Shown: positions 25,381 through 39,101, counted from the first letter of the stretch. The stretch is 64,000 nt of DNA from Eledone cirrhosa (GCA_964016885.1 OZ024741.1:19468001-19532000); one strand, 5' to 3'. Program-made: numbers and translations. The notes: generated by a model not told the origin, from the sequence alone.

Positions 25381-25824
25381 GCTCTAAATGTATTCAGCTA
25401 TGTAGAGCGAACATTTTTTTTTTTATTTGAATGTGGCAAAGCCAGCCATTGATCGCTCGTATACAGGAAACTGACTGGCCAGTCTACTGATATGCAAATT
25501 TGGCTGATCAGTGGATCTGCTAATATGTAGATCTGACTGATCAGCCAGTCTGTTAATATGCAAATCAGGCCGATCAGTCACTGTATATTTTCACTAGCTC
25601 TGACAGTTGGCAGGTGACCAGTGAGCTGTAAAGATGAAGGATGATACCCAGAAACATTAGTGTCTGCAGTTCTGTTTACATACCAACACAAGAGCAAGAA
25701 TGAAGGGTTCATTCTACTGACATGGCTTTAAAAATGAGGCTTGTTTGCCTAATTGCAAACAAATCGAATGTTATTAATATTCGAAAAACTCAGATTACAT
25801 ATATATATATATATGCAGAGAAGA

Positions 25825-25888
25825 ATTTTATCTGATGAAAGCGCACCATAATTTGCCTTGGTTGCCCTTGAAATATGTATAATAAAAT
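25825..25888 (+). ncRNA. Minimal type I hammerhead (copy of 2803-2868)
   Basis: About 84 bp identical to 2804-2887; fills a ~115-bp island between (TA)n tracts. Confidence 0.85.
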
Positions 25889-25927
25889 AAATATGGTTTT
25901 ATAAATATAGTTTCCATTTATTAATAT

Positions 25928-26003
<76 letters not shown>

Positions 26004-26420
26004 TATAGAGAAAAATACTGCAGGTAGCACATGGATAACATGTAATAAAATAAGTCCCTCATCAGTGATTTGCCGAAGATCATAGATATTTCATTGCATT
26101 AAAAATCATATATCTCACGTCGGTGCAATAATAACCAAAATAAGTTATTAGGACAATTAAAACGCGTAAAGCGAGTGAGACAGGAGAACAACAGAGTAAA
26201 GCTGACCGGGGAAAGAAACAAGCTTCAAATATATATATATATATATATATATACTGGGGTCCGACAGTTTAAGTCAACTCAATTTCACTCATAAAGCAGT
26301 GCCCAATCGAAAGATACAGTAGAAAATATTTGCTCTTGTCTCTTCTGAGGTAGCGACATATCTTTAGAAACTAAGTAAAGTAGTTGTGTTACGTTTGCGG
26401 GAGTAGAAATGATGCCGAGA

Positions 26421-26680
26421 GATCACGTGATAATAATCTTATTGGTAGACTTACACGATCACGTGATGATAATCTTATTGGTAGACTTACACGATCACGT
26501 GATGATAATGTTATTAGTAGACTTACACGATCACGTGATGATAATGTTATTGTTAGACTTACACGATCACGTGATGATAATCTTATTAGTAGACTTACAC
26601 GATCACGTGATAATCTTATTGGTAGACTTACACGATCACGTGATGATAATTTTATTGGTAGACTTACACGATCACGTGAT
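26421..26680. repeat. 36-bp minisatellite, each unit containing palindrome ATCACGTGAT
   Basis: About 7.3 units with 8 CACGTG sites. Confidence 0.95.
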
Positions 26681-27687
26681 GTAGTAATATCTGAATTGAA
26701 CTGTTTGAGGAGAACGGATATGAAGAGATATGAGGATGAAAGGCAGTGTTGGCTTGATGGTGGTGGTGGTGTTGGTGGTGGTGTTGGTGGTGGTGGTGGT
26801 GATTGTGGTGGTAGTGGTGGTGGTGGTGGTGGTGGTGGTGTTGGTGGTGTTGGTGGTGGTGGTGTTCGTGGTGGTGGTGGTGCTAGTGGTGGTGTTGGTG
26901 GTGGTGGTGGTGGTGATCGTGGAGGTGGTGATTGTGGTGGTGTTGGTGGTGGTGGTGGTCGTGTTGGCTTGGTGGTGGTGGTGGTGATGGTGGTGGTAGT
27001 AGTAGTGGTGGTAGTTGATTTGAATTCAGAAGGCAGAGAGCGGAAATGAGTACTGCAAGACATTTATATCATCCGCCTATTTAACGACGAACAATTCATT
27101 CGCCATTAAAATATACAAATAAATAGATAACGAGAGGCGGCATGATCATAGCCTGAACGTAGACCGGTTGAATGAGAACTGACCTAGGGTTAAACAACAA
27201 CCACAGCAACCACAACATCGGTCAGGGTGAGGCTTGCACTCTATTCTCAGTCTTGTAACTTGGAAGAATTACTGACACCTTCGGAATTTGCCACAGGGTG
27301 GATAGATGGAGGCGGTGGTGGTGGGGATTGGGGGTGGAGGTGTTGGGGGTGGTGGTTTGGTGGTGGTGGTGGTGGCGGGTCAGCATGTATAGCGGAGCAG
27401 GGGTGTGGGTATGTACTTTAACAGATTCCTGCAAAAGCCCCCCACATCCCCACACCCACACCCACTAGTCTATATTAGGACATAACACTTTGTTTTATGT
27501 ATCCCAGAAGGCAATGCGAAATGTCAAGCCTCTCCACTATTCTCAATGGTTATGACATACGTCTCCCCCTTCTTCTTTCTACTTCTACTTTACCATCTTC
27601 TCTCATTCTTTCTCTCTCTCTCTCACTCTTTCTCTCTCTCTCTCGCCCTTTCTCCCTCCTATGCCTCTCTATACTACTACTACTACT

Positions 27688-27754
<67 letters not shown>

Positions 27755-28239
27755 TCCACAACTACTACTCCTACTACTACTACCCAACTACCCCACCATC
27801 ACCACCACCACCACCACCACCACCATAACTAGTACTACTACCTGCTAAAGTGACCACACTTCACAGTACAGGATATGTTTATATATAAGTGTGTGTGAGT
27901 TGTCTGCTCCTAAATAGTGAGAAATAGTAACTGTTCTGGGTATTGAATGTCCCTGGGATGATGGTGGTTGGGTGTGTGTGTGTGGGGGGGGTCGTGCCAC
28001 ATCATAGACCAGGTCTCCTCTGCCACCAATCGGATGTATGTTGAATTACACATGATTAGCCAAGGGTTATAAAACACAACCAACAACTCAGTCAAAAAAT
28101 GGAAATGAGATGATAATCATAACGGATAAAGGAAACTTATCATATTTTTAATGTTACTTGTAATCTAGAATACGATCTATAAATCGGGTCTAAAACATCT
28201 GACTGATAAAATGACAAGCCAGGCAATCATATTGGTGGC

Positions 28240-28378
28240 CTCCCCACAGCCCCGGCGGACAGAATAGAGAAGGCGTTTCCCCGGGGGACGGCAAGGGAGA
28301 CGCGCTGGAAAAGCCATTCCAACTCGCGAGGCTCCCACCTGCGGCTGGCCAGCTCAGCGCCTATGGTGTTGAGTAGGA
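28240..28378 (-). mobile_element. CRE-type element extreme 3' coding fragment
   Basis: Minus strand translates WLFQRVSLAVPRGNAFSILSAG. Confidence 0.65.
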
Positions 28379-28404
28379 AAAAGGAAACTATATTTCCGTT
28401 GTCT

Positions 28405-28847
28405 GATTTGAACTCAGAACGCAGGGTTTGAACTCAGAACGCAGGGTTTGAACTCAGAACGCTGAATTTGAACTCAGAACGCAGGATTTGAACTCAGAAC
28501 GCAGGATTTGAACTCAGAACGCTGAATTTGAACTCAGAACGCAGGATTTGAACTCAGAACGCAGGATTTGAACTCAGAACGCTGAATTTGAACTCAGAAC
28601 GCAGGATTTGAACTCAGAACGCAGGATTTGAACTCAGAACGCTGAATTTGAACTCAGAACGCAGGATTTGAACTCAGAACGCAGGATTTGAACTCAGAAC
28701 GCAGGGTTTGAACTCAGAACGCAGGATTTGAACTCAGAACGCAGGATTTCAACTCAGAACGCAGGGTTTGAACTCAGAACGCACAGAGACGGATTAGATT
28801 CCGAGAAGCATCTCGTCCGACTCTTTAACAATCCCACCAATTTGCCA
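28405..28847 (-). repeat. 19 x 20-bp array of a SINE B-box segment, followed by the rest of the SINE head
   Basis: Unit TTTGAACTCAGAACGCAGGA from 28407 to ~28783; the reverse complement contains GAGTTCAAA. Confidence 0.9.
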
Positions 28848-29361
28848 TCTTGCAATTGGTACTTGACCCCGAAAGGATGAACAGCAAGTTGACGAGATTT
28901 GAACTTACAAAGTAGCAGAGAGCCAGACAAATACCGAGCCATTTAATCCGTTTCTCTGTTGACTTTGTTGACTTTTCCAATTCATTTCCTATAGTAACCA
29001 AATCTCTCTCAAATCACATCCTACTATCTTAAGCTTAAGCTTATTATGACTAAACTGCCCGAAACTGCCTCTTGTTCTACGATACAAAACTGTTTATTTT
29101 TAAGTGTATATATTTATTTAAAACCTTCCATCATAATTCTTTGTAAGAATCCTTGTTTAGTTATGACCGAAACTAAATTAATAAAGAAAAGTCAGTTATA
29201 TAACTAAATCCGTCCAAATCTTTGATTATATATATTTAAAAAATGCGAAATATGTTTGAAAATAATTATTTTCAAAAGTATTTGTAAATCATAGACGGTG
29301 TGTTTCATTAGAAAGATGGTAACGAAAGGGTTAAACAAAGAAAGACAGATTAGTTAAAGTA

Positions 29362-29533
29362 CCGTATTTCCCGGCGCCGAAGACGCTTCGTCTTCGAGGA
29401 CTAACCTTAATTTTGACAACCAAAAATTTGAAGAAAAAAAAATAGCAAACAACCTTCGAGCTCTAGGACGCATAGTAGATTTTTGAGACTTATTTTAGGA
29501 AAAAAGTAGCGTCTTCGACGCCGGGAAGTACGG
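29362..29533. mobile_element. MITE of pogo/Tc1-mariner type
   Basis: 26-bp TIR CCGTATTTCCCGGCGCCGAAGACGCT (2 mismatches) with TA on both sides. Confidence 0.85.
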
Positions 29534-29879
29534 TATATTCTAAAAGAGAATAGTCACAGCTGCAATGATGTTGATCACAGGTTTGCTAGATCAGAGGACT
29601 TGTTAAACACCAACTTTTGAAGGTATACACCATATAACACACAGTCCCTACTGAGACAAAACATATATACACTAGGATTAATGAGGCACCCCACCAGTGA
29701 CTATTCAGTATTTTGGTGTTTTACATAGATTACACAGTGAGTAACCATATTGTTTACACAGGTGCTTCTTAATACATATTTCTCTATCTCCCTCATTTAC
29801 CCATTTTCCTCACATAGTAGAAAAAAACTAGTCTGGTAGACAACAGTACTTATTATTTAACACTAATAATCTTATATGA

Positions 29880-30035
29880 AGGCGGTGTGTAGGTAGAGTC
29901 ACGGATGGAATGCTTTGTGGTATTCGCTTCGGCACTGTTCTATTAGTTCAAATCCACCGAGGTTAACTTTACCTTTCAATCCATTCAATGTCGATATAAA
30001 AAGTACCAGTCTTGTATTGGGGTCGATTTTCCCTC
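29880..30035 (+). mobile_element. tRNA-derived SINE (diverged)
   Basis: GGCGGTG start, AGTTCAAATCC, CCTTTCAATCC..GTCGAT..AAGTACCAG. Confidence 0.7.
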
Positions 30036-30480
30036 TGCATCTCTTTCTCACTTCCATTCTCTCACTTTCTATCCTTCTCTGAAAGAAATCTTCTGTGTTC
30101 AGACCTGGAGAGGAGATGGGCTCCACTGGGTTTAAAACTTGCCCCGGAATCACCGTATGTCAATACAGTGTCCCCACGACTATATCAATTTAACGTTAGT
30201 ATCTTGCATACAATGTAGTTAACAGCCTTATTTAACATCAGTAGTCTTCTACACAGTACTATATTTAACATTAACAGTATTATGTATACAAATCTAACAT
30301 CAATAGATTTGTATACAACAAAAGTGATTACACATATTAATAGAAATATAATAATTTAATATCAGTAGATTTGTATACAACACTATTAATATGAATTAAT
30401 ATAAAGCTTAACAGCTTTATATTAATTTAACGATAGTAGTTTTGTATATAATATAGTTTATTATATAATATTAACGGTCA

Positions 30481-30671
30481 GGGCGGTGGATTGGCAGTAT
30501 CGGTAGAGGGGCGGACGCCATGCTTTGCAAGCAAAGAGTTATGGCCCTTTATGGTCTGAGTTCAAATCTCGCCGAGGTTAACTCTGCCTTTCATCCTTAT
30601 GGGGTCGATAAAATAAAGTACCAGTAATACACTGGGATAATTGCTGGCCTTGTGCCAAAAGTAGAAACAAT
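30481..30671 (+). mobile_element. tRNA-derived SINE, family A, full length
   Basis: GGGCGGTGGATTGGCAGTATCGGTAGAG..GAGTTCAAATCTC..GTAGAAACAA. Confidence 0.9.
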
Positions 30672-31017
30672 TATATAACATTGAAAGCTTTGTGTTATTC
30701 AAACATCGTATATATGTAGTATATCTGTCAGACCTTATAAAGCGCTGAGACTATAAAGTTAATATAAAGAATGATGTGTTCATGTGCAGAGGCGTTATTA
30801 CATAGATTTTAAAATAGGGTGAAGACCGTTAACAGATGGTAAAAGATGTCATTGGTCGCTATATCCCCCAGTTCCGTCCTTTAAGGGGTTTCACTCTATT
30901 TTATAAGCTATTCCATAGCATCACCACATTGTGAGCACATTATTCTTTATATCAACCTTATATTATTAATTCCCAACATTGATAGCAATAGAGTCATTTT
31001 ATATCAGTAGTCTCATA

Positions 31018-31332
31018 TACTGGCACTTCGTCGGTTACGACGACGAGTGGCCCAATTGATCCGATCAACGGAGCAGCCTGCTCGTGAAATTAACGTGCAA
31101 ATGGCTGAGCATTCCACAGACACGTATACCCCTAAGGTAGTTCTCAGGGAGAATCAGCGTGACAAGGCTGGCCCTTCGAATTACAGGTACAACTCAGTTT
31201 TGCCAGCTGTGTAGACTGGAACAACGGGAAATAAAGTGTCTTGCTCAAGGACAAAACATGTCGCCTGGAGACGAACTCTCGGCCTTACGGTTGTGAGCTG
31301 TATACTCTAACCACAAAGCCACACACCTTCAC
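31018..31332 (-). mobile_element. tRNA-derived SINE, family B
   Basis: Minus strand has TGGCTTTGTGGTTAG A-box, GAGTTCGTCTCC B-box and CCTTGAGCAAGACACTT core. Related pieces at ~36975-37300, 44500-44675 and 48060-48225. Confidence 0.75.
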
Positions 31333-31608
31333 AGTAGCTTGATATATAACACAGTATATTACATAACATTCGTTGTTCCAGCATGGCCTCAGCCTGTCGG
31401 CTGGAACAGGTAATAGAACGTAATAGAACACTACATTTTATATTAGTCTGGTATACAACACTGCTTATTACATCACATTAACAATATATTAATTTGATAT
31501 TATTAGCTGTGTATAAAGTGCTGTTTCTTACATAATATTAACAATATATTTTATATTAGCCTGGTATACAATATTGTTTATTATATAATATTAACAATAT
31601 ATTTCATA

Positions 31609-32461
31609 CTAGCTGAGGTACCCGGTAATACCCGAGAGCGGGGGTATTCCCAGTTCCCATTAAAATGCCCAATGCCTCTCAGACCAAAAATGAAATCCAA
31701 ATATAGGACAGATAACCAAAAGTGAAGACAAATTCATTTACGAAACAATAATACAAACAAATATTGTTGATTGCATTGGACAGGCGACAAAATGTTTGTC
31801 AGAGAAGTTGAGTGTTGTTATAAGGGAAAAGATAGAACCCCCATTAGGGTGTCTTAGTATTATTGAAATTTGCTGAAATTTTGTGAATAGGCATCATATC
31901 TTGTCATTTACCTATGGTTTAAATTTCATATCAATCGAAGGGAAAAACTTTCAACGGGGGTTTTGTGCCCCCGGGGAACCCTTTGATTAAAATGAAATAT
32001 ACTTATCCAACTTATCCAAGTACTCTGGGCAATGTAGTTTCAGAATATATATGGTTATGGGGGTGGGGGTCTATCTCCAAAACCATAGGAGGAGTTCGTG
32101 AAATCTTGTTCCATTTATTGGCCAAAGTTTTCACTATAGGGGGTTTAACCCCCATTAGGGTGTCTTAGTATTATTGAAATTTGCTGAAATTTTGTGAATA
32201 GGCATCATATCTTGTCATTTACCTATGGTTTAAATTTCATATAAACCGAAGGGAAAACATTTTCAGCGGGGGTTTTCAGCGGTGTGTTTGAGCCCCCGGG
32301 GAACCCTTTCATTAAAACGAAATATACGTAAGAAATCAAATGGGCATGAGCCCCCACACACGTATCAAGTTTCATCAAGATCGGTTTGGTAGTTTTTGAG
32401 TTTTAGGTTCACAAACAAACAAACACACAAACGCACAAAAATTGCCATTTATGTATATAGA
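31609..32461 (-). mobile_element. Non-autonomous Helitron
   Basis: Minus strand starts TCTATATAC and ends with a GC hairpin then CTAG, in an A|T site; internal ~170-bp duplication near 31837 and 32148. Confidence 0.75.
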
Positions 32462-32514
32462 TTAGCCGTGCATACAGTATTGTTTATTACATAATATTAC
32501 CAATATATTTTATA

Positions 32515-33535
<1,021 letters not shown>

Positions 33536-33719
33536 TTAATCAGGTATACAGTATTACATAATATTACCAATGTATTTTATATTAGTCTGATATACAGTGC
33601 TGTTTATTACATAATATTAATTCATTTAACATTTGTATACTGTTTGTTATATAATATTAATAGCACTATATTAATTTAATGTTAGTAGTCTGGTATACTG
33701 CACTGTTTATTATATAAAT

Positions 33720-33958
33720 TATTTTCAAGGTATTTGCCTGAGGATGTCACATAAAAATGTGTGATGAAAGAACTTTCAGAAATTATATTTATATTTATAT
33801 TTTTAACTGTTGGTCAATCAATGTTTATCATTGATTGCCAGCTGAACTATTTATAAAAATATAAAAATAAACTGAAACGAAAACCAAACCAATCAGGGTG
33901 TGTGTTTTACTATTTTTAGCAATATTAGGACAATATGACCATTCCCCAAATATAATGT
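33720..33958 (+). mobile_element. Old solo PLE pseudo-LTR with decayed hammerhead (33733-33783)
   Basis: CTGAGGA-T-GTCACA..TGTGAT-GAAA-GAAC-TT. The end CAATATGACCATTCCCCAAATATAA resembles the pLTR terminus at 15500-15527. Confidence 0.6.
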
Positions 33959-34010
33959 ATTATTAATAGCCTTATAGTCTGGTATATGATACTATTTATG
34001 TTTTTACCTT

Positions 34011-34182
34011 ACATTAATTTAACATTAATAGTTATATACACAGTACTATCTATTACATAACATTAATTTAACATTAATAGTTATATACACATTACTATCT
34101 ATTACATAACATTAATTTAACATTAATAGTTATATACACATTACTATCTATTACATAACATTAATTTAACATTAATAGTTAT
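34011..34182. repeat. 49-bp AT-rich tandem repeat, the best-preserved part of an old array dispersed over ~30180-34370
   Basis: 3.5 near-identical units; degenerate TTTAACATTAATAG..TATAC units recur between the insertions. Confidence 0.8.
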
Positions 34183-34330
34183 GAGGTGGTGAGAGCAGAC
34201 CTCAGATTGCTGAAGCTCACGGGGGAGATGACAAAGGACCGTGACAAGTGGAGAGGTGCTGAATAGGATCTGTTCCACCCTTTCAGGCAGGGAAAAGCAG
34301 ACGTAAAATGATGATGATGATGATGATGAT
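34183..34330 (+). mobile_element. RTE LINE 3' end with (ATG)n tail
   Basis: EVVRADLRLLKLTGEMTKDRDKWR followed by GGAAAAGCAGACGTAAAA(TGA)n. Confidence 0.75.
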
Positions 34331-34773
34331 ATACAGCTCTGTTTATTATATAACATTAATTTAACAGCAGATTTAAAATCAGCCCCAAAGTAACTTCTAG
34401 TAGTGATAAAATAATTATTCAACCTCAAAACAACCCCCAAATTACTCCCTGGAATTCTGAAATGACCCCAACATCACCAGCGCCAACAGGGAATATAGGG
34501 GGTGGGGATATGTGAAAAATTCTCTAAGGTTAAGTTTTGCCGCGCGCCTGAGGTGGGGGAAGAGCTGGGTATGTATATAAACATACACACACACTCACAC
34601 TTACACACACATACTCAAACACACACAAACACACACACACACACACACACACACAAGAACACAGCTCGTTAGATAAGACAAATAAATAGGTTCTTATTTA
34701 AATAGGCAGTTAGGCAGGGATAGGTTATTACATATGGAGCAGTTTACGTTGAGATATATTACAGTTAGGTAAG

Positions 34774-35320
34774 TACGAGGGGCGGCTGAAAATTTCATAG
34801 GTTGACCATGTAGTGATGTTAAAGCTATGAAATCTTGCACGCATTAATTTCAACTCTTCTTATTAATAACTGCTTTGTTTCTTTCCAGGGACTATATTGA
34901 AAAATAAACCTCATTTGGTCATTCCATGAGAGTATCTTGGTCAGCCTATGAAGGAGTGATGCTAGGGCTGTGAAATCTTGCATGCATTAATTTCACTTCT
35001 TCGTATTAATAACTGCATTGTTTCTTTCCAGGGATTATGTTGAAAAATAAACCTCATTTGGTCATTCCATGAGAGTGTCTTGGTCAGCTTATGGATTTTT
35101 CAGCTGTATGTATATGTATGTGTATATATAGAAGTATATACAAAGGTGTGCTGAAAGGTCCACAGGCTAACTATGATGGTGTGATGCTAGAGCTGTGAAA
35201 TGTTGCATGCATTAATTCTAACTCTTCTTATTAATAACTTCCCAGCGACTATATTAAAAAATAAACCTCATTTGGTTATTCCATGAGAGTATCTTGGTCA
35301 GTCTATGACCATTTCAGCCT
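34774..35320. mobile_element. Mariner-derived MITEs in tandem (three ~150-bp units)
   Basis: TACGAGGGGCGGCTGAAAATTTCATAGGTTGACCA versus TGGTCAGCTTATGGATTTTTCAGC; internal unit repeated three times. Confidence 0.7.
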
Positions 35321-35732
35321 ATGAACCCTCATAGATAGATAGCTGTATCTCTAGACCTGGAGATATATTGAAGTAGCATGTATAACATATATAATGAAAT
35401 CTGTCATTCAGTAAATCTAGTATCACCCATTGTTATATCACACAATATGTGACAGGGGAAATGATGAGGTGGTAATGTAGTACTACTGTGTTAATCGATA
35501 GCATTGCTGCTGGAGTTTATAGACTTTTACTTTCAATAACAGCCATTGTTCAGTTATAGTACTTAGAGCTACTAATATACACATTATGTGTAACACACAC
35601 ACACTCTCTCTCCCTCTCTCCCCCCTCTCTCTCCCTCTCTCCCCCTCTCTCTGTCCCTTTCTATCTTTCCCTATTTATTCATTCATCTATCTAGCTATAC
35701 ATTCATTCAACCATTCCTTCATTCTTTCTATC

Positions 35733-36318
35733 GTTGTTTTATGAGAGTTTAAGTGATACATACGTTCATTCAACTTTATTCCACTATATTGCTGTTCGTA
35801 TAGATGCATCATACAATCTGCCTTTCCTTTTTAGAGGAAAACCCCTTGTGGCCAACAGCGGTATTAGCTCGCTGAACTTTTTCCATCCCGCTCTAACTCT
35901 GGCTACTACACTTTCAGAGCACCCTCCTCTACTGCTGATTTTGTCACCCAGGTAACGGAAGGTGTCTCCTATTTCTATAGAACCATCTGGGCAGTTGAAG
36001 GAGATAGCATCCAGTGGGTCCTTGCTACTTACTGCACCTGAGCATCGGCCATATATAAAATCTACGTTCTTAGATAGCTTACCTGTGATCCCACTACATC
36101 TTTTATGCACCTATATTTTGCATTTGGGACATAGCATGGAGTTTCTGCATACTCCTTTCTTACACACTGAACATGGCCATTTCCCAGAGGGTACCTATTA
36201 TCCTTTCTGCATACTAGAACCTTAGTCTTAGACAAGTTGACTCTAAGGCCTTTTGATTCAAGGCCATGCTTCCATGTTTGGAACTTCCTCTCTAGTTCAG
36301 CCATAGATTCAGCTATGA
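35733..36318 (-). pseudogene. RTE-type RT C-terminal fragment with embedded Cys/His finger
   Basis: LIAESMAELERKFQTWKHGLESKGLRVNLSKTKVL..CSVCRKGV..CPKC..HKRC..FRYLGD..ARVRAGWKKF..KGRLY; frameshifted. Confidence 0.85.
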
Positions 36319-36340
36319 GTGTATGTATTAAGAACAAAAC

Positions 36341-36581
36341 GAGGTTTCACATTAGTGATTAGTCTCAGTTACCAAGGTTTCGCGGATGTAAGGCTCAAGA
36401 TCCCTGTCTGTGTTATAGACCCGACTCCAGCCTTAATCTGCTCACCAGACTTGTTAAGCAGGCAAAACCCGAATGGGTTTCTGGTTTTGCCTGATTAACA
36501 AGTCTGATCAGCAGATTAGAGCTGGAGTCGGGTCTATAACGTTCGTTTCGTAACTGAGCCAGCCTAGTCAATATAAACCTC
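36341..36581. mobile_element. Fold-back/MITE-like element with 129-bp internal hairpin
   Basis: ~60-bp arms at 36412-36540 plus imperfect outer inverted repeats 36341-36372/36550-36581. Confidence 0.7.
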
Positions 36582-37500
36582 AATGTGTCCGACCCTCTAC
36601 CGATATTGCCTATCCCCCGCCCTACCAATAATAAAAATAATGGTTTCTGATTTAGGCACAAGGCCGACATTTGCGGAAGGGATGTCATTAAATCGGCCCC
36701 GTAACGATGAAAGGCAAAATAATAACAGCCCTCTCCACCTAACCACTTACATAGATATTTGTATCTTTATTTAACGAGCTGTGTTCTTATGTATGTGTGT
36801 GTGTATATGTATGTGTTTCTGTATGTATGTGTGTGTGTGTGTATGCATGTATGTGTGTATGTGTGTGTATGTGTGTGAATGTTTATATACACTCCTCCCG
36901 CTACTCATGCGTGCAAGGCAAAACTTAACCCTAGGGAAGAGTTCACATACCCCTTTTATATATTGGATACAGGTGTGACCAAACGATTATAGAAGTATGT
37001 TTTGTAATGAGATCCCAGGTTCAGTCTCACTGAGCAAGTGTATCTTATCATCGTCTCGGGTCACCTTAAACCTTATGAATGAAATTAGGTATGCGGAAAC
37101 TGTATAGAAGCCCACTGAACGGTCTGTATTGGAATTTAATGGTGCAACCATTCCACATTATGTCACGCTGATCTTACTTGATACGAGCGTTAAGAGTACA
37201 CGTGTCTGTGGAACACACATTCGCGTGCTTGTTCAGTCAGTGGAGTGTTCAGCTGGTTGGAAATCTGAACAATTACACGTCGTTATAGTCGGGAGAGTCC
37301 ATTATGTATGCATGTTTGTTTATAAATAAAAAAAAATAGGGAAGAGAGTAGGGAAAAGAAACAAAAGGGCACTTAACTCCACTGTCGAGTCGTAGGGGCG
37401 CTACTGTGACACAGGACAAATCTCCAGCCCATTCCTCCCCAGGTCAGAAAATAACTGATTTCATCCAGAAAAAGGAAGTGATAAAGAAATAGAGAGGGAA

Positions 37501-37938
37501 CCGACCCCTAGTACTCGACCGAACTGGTGTTTTATTCCGACCCCTAGTACTGGACCAAACTGGTGTTTTATTCCGACCCCTAGTACTGAACCAAACTGGT
37601 GTTTTATTCCGACCCCTAGTACTGGACCGAACTGGTGTTTTATTCCGACCCCTAGTACTGGACCAAACTGGTGTTTTATTCCTGACGCCAGACCGATCCC
37701 TAGTCCTGAACCGAACTGGTGTTTTATTCCTGACCTCAGACAGACTCCTAGTCCTGGATCGAACTGGTGTTTTATTCCGACCCCTAGTACTGGGCCGAAC
37801 TGGTGTTTTATTTCGACCCCTATCACTGAACCGAACTGGTGTTTTATTACTGACCGCACTGACCGCAGACCGACCCCTAGTTCTGGACCAAACTGGTGTT
37901 TTATTCCGACCCCTAGTACTGGACCGAACTGGTGTTTT
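37501..37938. repeat. 36-bp minisatellite CCGACCCCTAGTACTGGACCGAACTGGTGTTTTATT
   Basis: About 11 units, three with ~11-21 bp inserts; runs into a decayed SINE head at ~37940-38040. Confidence 0.9.
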
Positions 37939-38379
37939 AGTCCTCGCCTCAGTTGGTTTTAATCTGAGAGAGCCATTAGTCTGAAAAAATACCGAGTAAT
38001 TTAATACGACGTTCTAAGTGACCCTGCCAATTTGCCGCCATAGAAGTGTAAACCCTTATCCAAACATTGCTGGCAGACATCTTGCTACTGCATCCAGTTC
38101 CCACGACTGTGTTCATTATATTATATATCAAACAATACTGTTAACTAAATACACAGCTTTATAGCTATCATATAATACTATACTATAATAGGTTTGTAGT
38201 GACGTGATATCTCCTGTACTAGATTCTATTAATTGGATTAGAAAGATATCTCTCTCTGTGTGCACACATATCTGTACACAGACACACACAGAGGGGTACA
38301 CACATACACACACATACACACACACATACGGACACACACACACACATACGGACACGGACACACACACACATACGGACAC

Positions 38380-38435
<56 letters not shown>

Positions 38436-38836
38436 GTGTGTGTCTGTCACTGTGTACTCGTATGTGTCTGTGTATTTGGATAGGGTGTTAAAATGTTTAG
38501 ATATCTGGCTACAACAGTTGTGCTTTTGTTGTGTTTGTATCAGATAAATTAATCATCATAATCATTTGCAGCATCTCTACTAACACAACAGCCACCAGCA
38601 CCGCGGCAACCCCCCCCCCCCCCACCATCGTTACCCCCCCCCCCCCCCCCACACACCACTATTAATTTTGTTATAATAACTAAGGAAGTGTTTGCCAGAT
38701 TCAATATAATGCCTCACTAAATAGCAGGTTGTATTAAGTTTCGACCCAGTATTTAGTTGATTTGCATTCATTCTGCCACCCATTTATATACCAACATAAA
38801 TACATAAGCACGTTTATATATATGCATTTCTGTGGG

Positions 38837-38909
<73 letters not shown>

Positions 38910-39101
38910 GAGGGAGAGAGAGAGAGAGAACGAGGGAAAGAGAGGCCTATATCTATAGCTATATATATATACTCATATATATATACACACACACAAACAC
39001 ATATATATATATCACATATACATTTGTATGTATGTTTGTATCGGTGTATATATATATATATACATACATACATATATATATACATACATACGTATATATA
39101 T

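Noticed and set aside
25623-25670. Hammerhead-like GCTGTA-AAGATGA..GAAA-CATTAGTG-TC-TGCAGT
   Set aside because: Two core mismatches and a weak stem II; possibly a decayed HHR but not supportable alone.
28405-28783. CRISPR-like appearance of short regular repeats (also 26421, 37501, 47351)
   Set aside because: No unique spacers, no cas genes, eukaryotic context; these are tandem minisatellites.
29030-29334. piggyBac-like MITE ending AAAGGG-TTAA
   Set aside because: Only the right terminus is recognisable; the left TIR is too degenerate to confirm.
30481-30575. tRNA gene
   Set aside because: A and B boxes are present but continue into a SINE body, with many dispersed copies and no complete cloverleaf.
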